A stretch of 60,425 nt of DNA, filler included, from Basidiobolus meristosporus CBS 931.73 (Eukaryota; Fungi; Basidiobolomycota): NCBI GenBank assembly GCA_002104905.1. It is 3 parts of 3 records of this genome, joined end to end, with 100 filler letters (N's around TTAATTAATTAA, not from the genome) between each part and the next. Parts side by side here need not be neighbours in the genome. Positions count along the whole stretch, not along the records: positions 1 to 21,322 come from MCFE01000991.1; positions 21,423 to 41,562 come from MCFE01001010.1; 1 more part is not named here. One strand, written 5' to 3'. Of this stretch, positions 21,087-33,804 are shown piece after piece (positions within the stretch are counted from its first letter, which is position 1; every line of letters begins with the position of its first letter). The translations under genes and the position numbers were made by a program. A model generated the notes under the pieces. It ran no database searches. It saw nothing but the letters and a program-made list of their open reading frames with translations, and was not told the origin of the DNA.

Positions 21087-21322
21087 TTAGGGGTTAGGGT
21101 TAGGGTTAGGGTTAGGGTTAGGGTTAGGGTTAGGGTTAGGGTTAGGGTTAGGGTTAGGGTTAGGGTTAGGGTTAGGGTTAGGGTTAGGGTTAGGGTTAGG
21201 GTTAGGGTTAGGGTTAGGGTTAGGGTTAGGGTTAGGGTTAGGGTTAGGTTAGGGTTAGGGTTAGGGTTAGGGTTAGGGTTAGGGTTAGGGTTAGGGTTAG
21301 GGTTAGGGTTAGGTTAGGGTTA
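21087..21322 (+). repeat. Telomeric (TTAGGG)n array, about 39 units, at the contig end
   Basis: The G-rich strand runs 5'->3' to the contig end, as expected for a right chromosome end. A few TTAGG and TTAGGGG variants. Confidence 0.97.
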
Positions 21323-21422
21323 NNNNNNNNNNNNNNNNNNNNNNNNNNNNNNNNNNNNNNNNNNNNTTAATTAATTAANNNNNNNNNNNNNNNNNNNNNN
21401 NNNNNNNNNNNNNNNNNNNNNN
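21323..21422. other. Artificial contig spacer (N44-TTAATTAATTAA-N44)
   Basis: Exactly 100 nt, identical to the second gap, with stops in all six frames. Confidence 0.95.
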
Positions 21423-24000
21423 ATTTATATAGTTTCTTCCAAATCCCCATTAAGAAAGGCTATTTTGATATCAATTTGGTGTAGTTCTAGACTGTGTACA
21501 TCTGCCAGGGCTAAAACTGTCCCAATGGAGCTAAACCTGGTACCCAGAGCAAATGTTTCCTTAAAGTCTAGTCCCCAGATCTGGGAATAGCCTTTAGCCA
21601 TCAATCTAGCCATGTACTTATCAACTGCACCATTTGAGGCTATCTTGATCTTGTAGGCCAATCTACATCCTATTGGCCTTCTCCCATTTGGTAAGTCTAC
21701 CAGCACCCACATTTTTGCCTTAATCAGTGATTGGTACTCCTCCTGCATGGCTTGTTGCCTCATAGTAGCATCTGGACTCTGCATTACCTGTTCCAGTTTC
21801 TGAGGTTTGGCACATAAGGCAAGATAAACTTCTTCATAATATTGGATGTCTGCCACCAGGATCCAGGGACATATCTTATTTTGGTAGATCTCCCAACTGC
21901 AATAATATGCTTTATCTGGAACTGATAGAGTTATCTTCTGTATCTGGCTGAATTTGGTATGTATCTTCTTCATTAATGTTGATTGCATCATTAGGCAGCT
22001 AGCCAATGATTTCTGAGGCTTTTTGATCTGAATTCTCCTCAAATACAATATCACTACTCTTGATCAGCTTCTGAATTTTGCCATCATACACTCTATATCC
22101 TTTAGTATTATCAAAATACCCAGGAAAGACCCCTTTTCTACTCTTTGGTTCTAGCTTTGTGTGTTTTGTCAGGGATGTAATAAAAGACATTGCTGCCAAA
22201 GATTCTGAGGTGCTGGAGGTCTGATTTCTTACCTGTATATGCTTCAAAGGGTGTGGAATCACAAAGTGCTGTTGTTGGGCATCTATCCTTGATGTATACT
22301 GTGGTAGCAACATATTCAGACCAAAACATGTAGTCCACTACCTTATCATGTAGCATAGATCTTCCTATCTCTACTATTGTTTTAGTTGCACAATCTGCTA
22401 CTGCATTTACCTGCAGAGTGTATGGAGCAGTGGTCTGTCAAAGTCAAAAAGTGTTCTCATGGGCCCACATATGTCTGAGTGTACAAAAGCTTATATTTTG
22501 GTAATGTTAATGCCTCCTGAGCTCCCAAAACAATGCCTAGCTTGTTTGCCACATTAACATCACTTACAGAAATCAACTTGACTAGAATTGAATAAGTTTA
22601 GGCCTAAAACAAGCTCATTTTTCTCCAATTGGCTCATTTTCTATTACCCATGTGTCCTAGCCTTCTATGCCATGTCTCCCTGCTAGTTTCATCAGTTTCA
22701 GCAAGGTTGGTATACTCAGGAACAATATTATGATATCTGACTCCCAAGGCTAATTTTTGTCCATTTTCACTCAATATTGAGCAGTTCAGCTTAGTAAAGA
22801 AAACTTCAGTCCCTGAGCAGTTGCTTTACTGACTGAGAGTAGGGGTGTAGAGATTTCAGTCAGTTTTGCTGCTGTAGCCCATGAGATATCACACATGTTT
22901 AGTAGCATAGACCCACTGGCAGTAGCCTCCAGTGCAGAGCTGCCTCCCAGATAAACCTTTCATATGTGAATAGTCTTTAAGTTGCTGAACCACTCCTTTA
23001 AACCATAAATATGCAGTGATGCTCCAGAGTCATTATACCATTCATTACTTTGGTTACTTGCACTCTATTGCACAGCTACAACTAACTGTTCATCAGTAGT
23101 TATATGGTCTGCCTGCTCCAATTTTTGTTTTTGTCTGCTTATTTCTTCTTGCATTCTCTTTCTCAGTGTCCTGGCTTCTTACAGTAGTCTCAGCAACCAG
23201 GTTTTCTTTGGTTTTGTTGCTTTCCCTTCTTTACATGTGCCTTTCTGAGCTGAACCAAGCATTCAGGATCATTCAGTAGCTGTTATGAATAGACACAAGG
23301 CAGGAGAGTAGGGCTAGGTAAGGCAGGACCAGGAAAGGACTTAGGTATGGATCAACAAGGCAAGGCAATTTCCAAGGCAAGGCTGTTTATTCAAGACCTG
23401 TGTTTATCAGACTGAGGAATACATAAGGGGGGATAGGACTATATATACTTTTTGGCAATATGGATGCCAAGAAATATTGGCAAATACTGATGGGGTTCTG
23501 AGGTGGGGCACAGTAAGTGCGCCAAGATAGAATATACTGAAGAGCAGACAGGAATATCACATGAGGATATCTCAGGGGTCAGCTGATAATGCAAATAGTT
23601 CATGTGACATGCAGTTTTCTTATATGGCATGGGACCACATAAACTCTAGTGGGGAGCTTCCATAGAATGTTCCGTTGTGTAACATTGATTTGGAGCTTTC
23701 CAGAAGTTGCTAGAATGTAGTAGAACTTTCTAGAAGGAACTGGGATTTCTACACTGACTTAATTTGGCTAGATAATTGGAGACCAGGGTGTCATGATCAC
23801 ATGACAGTAGCAGTTTCAAGGTTTGTACATAATGTCTGGTAAACAGTTTCAATTTGATCTTCACTATAGGGGAGTAATCATAGCATCATGGATGTGAAGA
23901 AACTGGCAAAGTTGGGGCTGCTAATAAGGCCTACTGTGACCAATACTAGTCTAGAATTGTTAAGTAAATTTTCAGCTGCTGAATGATACCAAATAGTCTA
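21423..24000 (-). mobile_element. Degenerate Ty1/copia internal region (gag-PR-IN-RT), interrupted by a solo LTR
   Basis: RT motifs WVLVDLPNGRRPIGC..YKIK, ARLMAKGYSQIWGLDFKETFA and HQIDIKIAFLNGDLEE. Integrase tail TPFEAYTGKKSDLQHLRIFGS. Many stops. Right boundary approximate. Confidence 0.85.
23281..23806 (-). mobile_element. Solo LTR of the chromovirus family at 26874-34334
   Basis: TGTTATG...CATGACA, a 5-bp TSD GTAGC on both sides, and alignment with 33807-34334. Confidence 0.92.
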
Positions 24001-25128
24001 GTATTTCAACAGAAACAGATGCACCTGAGCAGCATTTATCAAAATGAAGTGTGGATCTATACAACAATCACTCAGACAAAGTAACTGTGAAAGACCTGAA
24101 AGTGGCAAACAATTGGGTAAAGAGAAAAAACTCTACCTGTGCCAGAGACAGGGAAGCATGAGAAGAAATCTGTAGCTCTTGCCAATTAATGCCTTAAGCA
24201 TATAATTGGCTAAATCCTATCATAGCCAAGAGGAATCACCAACAAGAAAATAGCTGCTTCCTCATGAGGGGAAGGTGCAGCCAATCAAGCTACACTCCAG
24301 CGAGGTAGATGAGTTTGCAGAGAAAGGCAATTTATCTGCCACAACCTCCATGTCCTCCTTTATATGCATAGTGGAGATCTCACTAACACACAAAGCACCA
24401 ATATCAGGAATTCTAAAGACTATTGCAATGCATACAGTGGAGCTATGGGGCAAAAACAGGCACAGTAAAAGGTTGCAGCACTTCTTTGAGAGCAGTGCTC
24501 ATGCAAATGAGCTTGAATTATGCAAGGATGTTTTGCCAAGACTGGTGGATGAGCTGCTGGACCTTGAAGTGCTGGCTGAACACTGGGATGTATGGAAACC
24601 ACCAAATCAACAATGGTATAAACCATGGGGTCCAGTCAAAGTCATGGAAAAAGGGTGTTTTGGCACAAAAATTGTATTGAATGGTAGATCTTAATGAAGT
24701 TACTTGTTGAATATCTGGTTGAGCTGGATGTTAGCATTGGGTATAGGGACTTTCATATGCTAATACAGCTTCAAATCAAATAAAAGATGATGATTGCGAG
24801 GGAATAAAAAAATTTGTATGCTTGAAAAGTAAGAGCATTGTGTGCGTTGAAAGGTAACTTCTGCAAAAAACAGGCAATAGACAACCAATGTACACAGATG
24901 AATGAGGAGATTGTGTGTCTGGATCACAAAGTGAGAGAATCTTTAGATAACCAATTAAAAGCCATTACATTTTGTTGTAATGAAAAGTTTTGATTAACTT
25001 TTTGGTGAAAACAGTGTGCAATTTTTGTCAACAGTATTTGCATGGTGTCCTAAAGGGCTCAGTATCTCTTGGGATTCTAATTTTGTGTTGGCCTTTTGAC
25101 AAGATTGTCATAGTTATCTTTTGTAAGG
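24000..25128. mobile_element. Fragment of the CACTA element (accessory ORF 3' part plus terminal region)
   Basis: ORF 24275-24694 aligns with the 35956-36395 translations (SEVDEFAEKGNLS, NRHSKRLQHFF). 24870-25128 is the reverse complement of the 35512-35800 terminus. Confidence 0.75.
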
Positions 25129-25710
25129 AGTATATGGCAGTTGATGAAGCTAGAAATGAAGCATTGTGGCTAATAAACCTCCTTCAAGATTTAGGTTTCT
25201 GTCAAAAAATGCCTATTACCTTATTTCAAGATAATCATGGATGCATACAATTAGGTAGATATCCACTACTACTGATGAGATGATTGCCCACATATTTACC
25301 AACCCAAATGCTAACAACAAACTTAATATCTTAGGACACATCTAGAACTAGATAGTGTTAGTATTTTGTTAGGTAGGAGTATTGTAAAGATTGTAGTCAT
25401 AACTGTGTAACTTAGATCATTACCTATATATGTTTGATAGTACTGACCAAGCTTCTTGTTAGGATTTACTCATCATATTTGGACCTTAACATTAGGTACC
25501 TGGAATAAGAAATCACCCGACGTGGTCCAAATTGCCCCAAACTTTGCAAACATGCTCATGGGACCTTGCCAAACATATTTATATGTTTGCTATCTTAAGG
25601 CCATGTAAAAATACAAGCACTACCTTCAGCCTCATTAAATCATTGGGTAAAAATCACACAATCTACATGCTTTTCCAATCACTTCCAATATCCACAAGAC
25701 TCTTACAATA
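25129..25710 (+). mobile_element. Copia RNase H end, PPT and 3' LTR (LTR 25380-25710)
   Basis: EYMAVDEARNEALWL...LFQDNHGCIQL, then purine tract aggtaggag, then TATTGTAA...TTACAATA. The LTR is related to 46983-47329 and 48885-49232. Confidence 0.8.
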
Positions 25711-26870
25711 ATGAAAAGTTTCTTTATTGGAATTTTGTGGTATTCAATAAAAAGCACCATCTGGTGTGTAAAGTATTGGGATGCTCCAGGGTCAATGTAC
25801 CTAACTTGGGAATTCCTGTTTGTGCTTGTACTCAATCCAGATATGGATAGTCTATTTTCAGTTATTGTTGCATTTATAAGATCAGACTTTGTTTGCTGAT
25901 TATATATCTTTTTGGAGCACCAGCCTGGGGTGTCCTTCCTCTTGTGGTAGTCTCAAAACAGGCTGCTGTTGCCTTCAAAGGAACTTGAGTACCTCCTTTG
26001 CTGATCATCACTGCTTATTAAAGCATTTTCATCTTGCTTCTGATTTGTGCTTAATTTTTTTAATTATTCATCCAGCAACCTTGCATATGTTCTATATGTT
26101 AGGTTGTTAGCTATATATTCATGCTTACTTAGTTGCATTGATCATTACTCTTTGATAAGCATTCTGTCTTGATCAAATTTCATGCCAGGATTTACCTGGT
26201 ATATTTGCACCTAGTTATCAGGTACCCAGATTATGACATTTCTAGTTGTCCAATCTTCTCCTAGGTTTTTTTTTCACAGGGATTACTACTGAAGCATTTG
26301 CAAGTGATTCACTTTGCACACCTGAACTACTTCCTTGTTGACTATAGTCTTGGCTACCTGCGTACTTGTAGTGAGTATATTGCCTCCTAGTTGATGAGTG
26401 CAATGCTGGAGCTTGGTTGTGCTGAATCACTTCAGACAAAGTGACAGAATCTGCCTGAAATGCTACACACTGACACACCCTTTTACTTGCCACAGGCTCT
26501 GGTTGTAGAGGCACTTCATGTGGATCATTGTCAGTCTGTTCACCAGAATAACTTGCTGATGTTCAGATATACTGGCACTCAAAGGCAAGACTTGATGCGC
26601 TGGTATAGCCCCTGGCTGAGTTCAATATGGTATTACATGTTGACTCAATTTGGCCCACTCCAATAGAACCCTGTCTAAATGAGCAGTTGGCTGAGTTCTG
26701 GTAGTATTGCTCTGATACATGCATGATGACTTAATGCAGGGTGCTCTTGTGAGGGGTGTAGGCATAGATTTGGCTGACATGTCCCAATGTGCCAATGTTG
26801 CAGGGGATGATAAGGAATCCAGCAAGGCATGCTGGCGCAACTGAGAAGCAGTTGCTTGAGGTCTGTATTC
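25711..26870 (-). mobile_element. Degenerate copia gag-protease relic
   Basis: Protease-like YIDPGASQYFT and a decayed zinc-knuckle region, CpG-depleted. Confidence 0.5.
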
Positions 26871-28938
26871 TTCTGTTAGGAATAGACACAAGGCAGGATA
26901 GCAGGGCTAGGCAAGGCAGGTTGTGTAACATTGACTTGGAGCTTTCAAGAGGCTGCTAGAATGTAGTAGAGCTTTCTAGAAGGAATTGGGATTTCTTCAC
27001 TGACTTGATTTGGCTAGATAATTGGAGACCAGGGATGTCATGTGATCATTACACTATTCACCTCTTTTGAGGGGCCCTCCTCAAGCTTTTTTGGCTTTGG
27101 CTTGTTGGGGTATATCTGGTGGAATAGCGCAATTAGATCTTGGCAGTTTGTTAGGTTTGCTGCTGGTTCCCAAGTTTGATAATTTGGGCCTTAACCCACC
27201 CAATCTACCAGATAGTGAAGTTGGGATATGATGCACTTTGAATCCAATACTTGCTGAACTTCAAACTCTTGGTGTTTGTCCACCTGGATGGCTAGGCAAT
27301 TTGCTGGGTGCCTGTTAGGTAGAGGACTATCATGGAATGATTCTAGGAGGGATACATGGAATGCATCATGAGTTTTCATACTTGGTGGCAACTGAAGTTG
27401 GTACACAATTGGACTAAGTTTCTTCTTGATCTTGAATGGACCTAGTTTCTTGTAGTTTAATTTGTCACAGGGGTGGCTTGTAGCAATGTTTCTTCTCAGG
27501 AGCCATACTGAGTCTCCTTCATTGAGCTTGGGGCTAGGCTGCCGTTTGTTGTCTGCAAACTTCTTGTACCCCTCATGGGCTAAGGATAGTTCTTTCTTGA
27601 GTGTTTCTTGGATTTCTAGAATTGTTGACGCATGTTTAGCTGCTGGGGGGCTCATAGGGTTGGTTGGGATCTGAATATCAAATTGCAGATGAAAATCATA
27701 AGTTGCATAGAATGGGGTGAGACCTGTTGAACTATGACAGGAGTTGTTGTAGGCAAATTGTGCAAGTGGTAGCAGTTAAGTCCAGTTGTCTTGCTGATAG
27801 TTAATATAGCACCAGAGGTATTGTTCAAGGATCTGGTTAATTCTCTCTGTCTGGCCATCTGACTGTGAATGAAAAGCGGTTGAGAGCTTGACTTGCACAC
27901 CAAGATATTGCATGAAGTGCTTCCAGAATTTTGATATGAACTGGGGTCCTCTATCTGATACACTGTCACTGGGAATACTATGGAGCCGGAAAATGTTCTT
28001 GATCACTAAGTGGGCAGTCTCCTTAGCATCTATGCTCTTTGAGCAGGGAATGAAGTGAGCCATCATGGTGAGCCAATCTGCCACCACTAGGATTGAATTG
28101 AATTGGTTGGATTCTGGGAGGTTGGTGATGAAGTCCATTGAAATTGGCTTCCATTGCTGGTCAGGGATTGGCAAGGGTTGGAGAAGTCCATATGGCTGGT
28201 GTCTAGCAGATTTTACATGGTTACATGTATCACAGGATTGGAGGTACTCCCTGACAAGAGATATCATCTTGGGCCACCAGAAGTCTCTCTTGATTGCATG
28301 CATTGTTTTAGCAGTACCAAAATGTCCCATGGCTATTGAGTCATGGCAAGAATGGATGATATCCAACTGGGTATCAGGGTCTGGAACAAACAGTTGGTGC
28401 TTGTGGTAGATGATGTCATTGACTAGATGTGGGTACTGGAGGTTTGGGAACTTGGGTGGTGGTTCAGTGAAGGATTTGAGATATTTCTTGATTGTTGTGG
28501 CTATGGAACTGGTGGCTTTGCTGACCTTGACTTTCTCAAGGAGTGAGGGAGCAATAATACTGGATGACTGGGTTGCAAGGAGCTCAAAGTGTCTTCTATT
28601 GAGTACTGGGTTTTTCATTTGCTAACAGGCATCATCCCCTTCTTCAAGGGAATACTCCACCTTTCTGGACAGGGCATCAGGTTTTCCCTGTTTTATTCCT
28701 GGTCTATAGGTGATGACAAAGTCAAAACTGACAGGAAGAGGGACCATCTGGCTTGTCTCTGGTTAAGTACTTTGAGGTGGTAAAGTACTCAAGGTTCTTG
28801 TGGTCATAGAAGATCTTTAACTTTGGGCTGCACCGTTGTGATGGTGTAGAGGTACTCCTGGGAGAAGCTACACAACTCAAGGTGTGGGAGGTGTCTGATG
28901 GGTGCAATAACCTCTGTGTCTAAACTGCTGGTGTCTTT

Positions 28939-29637
28939 GTCAATATGTCACTATGGTAAAAGCACCTGCTTCTCTAGCTTAGGTGCTCCAAGTGTCTCCA
29001 AAGGCCTCTGCATGTCTTGTGCACTACCCTGAAAAGCTCCTTGATGGCAGGTCTGAGATGTACTGTTGAAGGCAGGTGCAGAGATCAAGTGCTAATCAAT
29101 AAGGTAGAAGTGTTACTGCTAGAAGAGATGATTTATTGATGAGGGATTGCTTTCCCTTAAATACTTTTCCTGATTGCCAAGTGATTACTAATGACATGGT
29201 TCTAGAAGATTCTAGGTATCAGTGGAATTCTTGATGACACCACTATGAGCTAAAAATATACCAAGAATGTCCTGGATGGTTCTAAAAGGCACAGCACATT
29301 AAACCAATCAGGAATCAGTAGTCTGAAACCTGTGCAACATAGAAATACCATATATGGTATTGAAATGGTAGGGATGGTGACAGAGACTTAGGTCATGTGT
29401 CACAGGTACTGACACGGGTACTTGCCTTATGTAGATACATGTTTTGATCACAAAGCTGAATAACATCTGGGATAACTAATGGTAATAACTAATCAGGGTA
29501 AACATCATATGGGGATAATACTGATAATATGGGCAAAAGAAGAATGGGATAATACTGATAAGATAAAATATGGATAAGTATATCATAATGACTATATGAA
29601 TAAACTTGTCGGTGGGAGGTATGTTAACCCTACCACA
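28939..29637 (-). mobile_element. Nested LTR inserted in the RNase H region
   Basis: Aligns with 31030-31589 (aggcacagcac..aaccaatcaggaatcagta..ctgaaacctgtg). Ends in ..TACCACA. Left boundary uncertain. Confidence 0.6.
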
Positions 29638-30678
29638 TTGTCAAGGTAGTGTCTCCATTGCTCAAAGGCAACAATGATTGCAAGTAGTTCCTTATCATAG
29701 ATATCATAGTTTACTTCAGCTGGAGTAAATTTCTGGGAATAGAATGCAATAGGATGTAGTACATTCTTGTCATTTTACCGGGAAAGGATTACACCAAGTG
29801 CAAAGTCAGAGGCATCAGTTTCTATGATGAAAGGTTTCTCAAGGTCAGGATGAGCAAGCAGGGGAGCATATAGGAAGGATTTCTTGATGGAATTAAAGGA
29901 CTTGGACTGTTCCTCATTCCAGGCAAAGGGCAGATTCTTCTGGGTGAGCTTTGTCAAGGGAGTGACTATCTTGGAGTAGTTGGCAATAAATCTACAATAA
30001 AAGTTGGCAACTACAAGGAAGGACTGCACTTCTTTTACAGAACAGGGAGTTTTCCACAACTGGATGGCTTCTACTTTCTTGGGGTTCATTCTTGTTCCAT
30101 TTGAGCTGATAAGATAACCTAAGAACTCAACTTCTTTCTGGTCAAACTCACATTTCTCCAATTTGGCATAAAGGCCAGCAGTGTCAAATTTGGTCAAGAC
30201 TTTCTTGATATGGGATTTATGTTCTTCTTGTGTCTTGGAGTAGATCAAGATGTCATCAAGGTAGATAACCACAAATTAGTCAGGGTATTCATGGAATATG
30301 TGATTCATCGGGTGTTGAAAGACAGCTGGGGCATTGGTGAGACCAAATGGCATAACTTTATACTCAAAATGACTGTATCTTGTTCTGAATACTGTTTTCC
30401 ATTCATCACCAGGCTTGATCCTGACAAGGTTATATGCTCCTCTGAGGTCAATCCTAGTAAATACTTTGGCATCAGAGAGTTGATCCAACAGGGTGTTGAT
30501 CAGGGGTAAAGGGTACCGGTGTGGTGGTGTATAGGTCCAAGGGAGAGATATGTCCAACACTTCTTAAGTGTTTTGTGTGTGGGGTGTTCACTGGGTGCAA
30601 CAACCTCTGGCAAAAGCTTGTTAGGAATACTTGGGTTCTGTTTCTAATCTAATGTGAAGGGGAATAAAGCCACAAGCT

Positions 30679-31589
30679 TGTCAAGGGAAAACTATTGAGC
30701 TACAATCCCCAACTTAGCTGGCATCTTAACAAAAGTATGTGCTGGGCTCAGCATCTTTTGAGATGACAACGTACTAAAGCTTCCAGAGTCAAAACAACTG
30801 TAAACTCCACCAGCAGGGACTTGATAAGAATGCAGCTGTGGTCAATAGTTACAAAGACAGAAAAGTATCTTTGCCTGTACAAGAACAAACTTGGGAAAGA
30901 ATCAAATATAATAAAAGATACCTACTCTGAGTATTCCTCACAAGTAGTGCCTCCAAGGTCAGTTGGCTGTCAGCGCGGTTTCCTGGGAGTGTCCTGTGGT
31001 CTAGGGCTGGAAGTTCAGGTAGCAGCAGGTAGCAGTGATCACACTAATCAACAAGTTGGTATATTGATAAAAGGGATGATGATTTATTGTTGAGGGAGAG
31101 CCTCCCTTGTATACTTTTCTTACTGGCTAAGTGATTACTAATCATGGTGTTCCAGAAGGTTCCGGATATCAATAGAAATCTTAATGACATCAGAATGACC
31201 TAAGAATGTTCTAAGTAGGTGCCGGAAGGCTCTAAGAGGCACAGCACATCCAACCAATCAGGAATCAGTATTCTGAAACCTGTGTAACATGGGGATACCA
31301 TATATGGTAAGGAAATGGTAGGGATGGTGACACGGGTTGATCATGTGTCACAGGTACTGGCGCGGGTACTTGCCTAATATAGAAGCACTTGTAGCTAGTA
31401 ATCTTACATAAAGTGAGGGGTAACTTATGCAATAAGGTAAGCAGGTGTGATAGTCAACCGGCTTATGGGATAGTACTGATTGGGTAAGACAAATGGGATA
31501 AAACTAAAATAAGTGTAGTAGAGATATAGGGAAGTGGAAAATAAGGGAATGAGCACATCTGTCAGTGGGTGTCACTGTCACCCCACTAC
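30679..31589 (-). mobile_element. Nested LTR between the protease and RT regions
   Basis: TGTCAAG...CACTACA termini. The left part resembles 33479-33760 and the right part resembles 29050-29637. Confidence 0.6.
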
Positions 31590-33793
31590 ACCGGTTCTTG
31601 ATTGTGATCTTATTCAGTGCTCAGTAGTCTACACATATTCTTAGGATACCATCCTTTTTTTTTGACAAAGAGGATTAGGGCACCAGCCGGGGACTTAGAG
31701 TGCTGAATAAAACCTTACTGGAGGTTTTCTTGAATATAGCCATGGAGTTCTTTCAACTTGGGTTGCGAGAGGTTGTAAATAGGACCAAAAGGTGGGGTTT
31801 TTCCTTCTTCATGGTCAATGGGATAATCATAGGGTCTATGGGCTGGGAGTAGTTTGGCTTTCTTCTTGTCAAAGACATGGGCAAACTCTTGATACTTGAC
31901 AGGTATTCCATTGGAGGGGGTTCCTTCAGTGATGATGGGCTCCTGTGTCTGGGGTAGCTTAGGAAAGGATACTTCTTTACCTGAAATATCAGGTGGTCTC
32001 ATGGAGTTGACATGGTGGATTCTGGGGAATGTCAGGATTTTAGTCTTCCAGTGGATAGCTGTGTTATGGTGACTAAGCCATGAGCTTCCAAGGACTATGG
32101 AGTAATGGGGAGAGTTGATAATGTTGAAAGCTAGTGTCTCATGGTAACTAGTACTGGACAGCTGGAGTAGACAGGTCTCATGGGTAACAGCACCAGAAGA
32201 GAGGGACCTTCCATCAATAACTTCTACTTGGACAGGACAGGATTTCAGGACAGTGGGGATTTTGTGCTTCTGGACAGATGACTGGTCAATGAAACAGGAG
32301 GAAGCACCAGTATCTTTGAGGGCATGGACACAGACAGGGATGGATTCAGGGATGTGGATGTTGACAGGAGCTCTTAAGGACTGGATGGACTTGGTAGCGT
32401 ATGATGTTTCTTGAATGTGCTGAATTTGCATTGGAGGGTCCAGATGCAAGCCTGTCATTGTAACTTGACATTGGAGTTTCCCAATAATTCAGGAGAAGAT
32501 GGTGCACTGGATGATTGCAGGAGCTTGAAGCTGGACTTCTTGTTAGGACAAGACTTGGCAAAGTGGCCTGGCTGGCCACATTAAAGGCAGAGGTTTGCCT
32601 GCTGACATCTAGATCTTTCTTCTTTTGTGAGTATCTTATATTTAGCACTGTCAATGTGCATTGGATCATCAGGCTTAGTATTGGGTGACTGGATTACTGG
32701 GAAGGAATTTAGCTGATAAGTATGTCGGAATTTCTGTTTCTTCTGGAAAAGACAATTGTCACATTGGATTGCTTGATGAATAGCTTCACCCAGGGTAGTT
32801 GGGTCAGGGAGAGTGAGAAGTAGGTCACTGACTTCATCATTGAGCCCATCTTGATATTGACAAATCAGGGCAGCATCACCCCAAAGGCTCAAGCCACTGG
32901 CTAGTAGCTAGAATTCAGAAGCATACACAGATGCAGGTCTGTTTCCTTACTTCCAGTTCTTGGTCTTGTTGGTAGCAGCTCTGGCTTGGTCAATGTTGCC
33001 AAATGTTAGCTCCATTTCTGTGAGGAAGGCATGGTAGTTGATCAGTAGAGGGGAGTTGGTTTCCACCAAAGGGGAGAACCATTTCTGGGCCGCTCCAGTC
33101 TGCAGGTTAGAGATATAATTAACTTTTGCTTGATCTGTTGGGAACCAATTATGTTGTAGTGACAAGTGGTGTTTTGCTATATTGATGAAACCTTGGAAAT
33201 CATTCTGGGAGCCACTAAACTTGGTAGTGGAGGTGATCTTGGGATCATGGAAGGAGGCAGCCTGGATAGGCTGTTGCGCATTTTGGCTCTGGAGTTGAGC
33301 AACAGAGTTTCTGAGGTCTGCATTGTCTTGTTGCAGCTGGGCAAAGGCAGCCATGAGACTTGCAAGGTTATACTCTGGGCTGGACATGTCATGGTAGCAG
33401 GAGGTGTAGAAGTCTCTTAGACTTGCTCACAAATACTGGATATTGCTAGCTAATTTGTGCGTTATAAAGCCACTAGTGTGTCAAGAATACAATTATTGAG
33501 CCACAATCCCCAACTTTGAATAAGATAGCATCACTTCAGAAGGTACTGGCTTTAATGTCCTTTGATAGAGTATTGTACTAAAGGTTCCAATACTGTAACA
33601 ACTGTAAACTGCTCCAGCAGGGTAATAAAGTCAATGCAGCTTTGGCCAATAATCTTACAAAGATAAAGTATCTTTGCCTTTGGAGGACAAGACTAGGAAA
33701 AGATTCAGGATGATACTTATGGTAGGTATTCCTTTATAAGATCTTCTCAAGAACTTTTGGTAGAAGGCAGAGATCAACAGGTAAGTCAGGGGT

Positions 33794-33804
33794 AGTCTGA
33801 TAAA
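33794..33804 (-). promoter_or_regulatory. Self-priming primer-binding site
   Basis: The PBS TTTATCAGACT starts 2 nt after the 5' LTR. It is the perfect complement of AGTCTGATAAA at 33940-33930 inside the LTR, about 27 nt downstream of a TATATATA (33967-33974). Confidence 0.85.

Noticed and set aside
21027-21317. ORF encoding (RV)n/(LG)n dipeptide repeats
   Set aside because: It is just the translation of the TTAGGG array, with no evidence of a gene.
21323-21422. Interstitial telomere or chromosome fusion next to a copia element; palindromic TTAATTAATTAA motif
   Set aside because: The 100-nt N-TTAATTAATTAA-N spacer recurs identically at 41563-41662 and is an artificial join, so nothing can be inferred across it.
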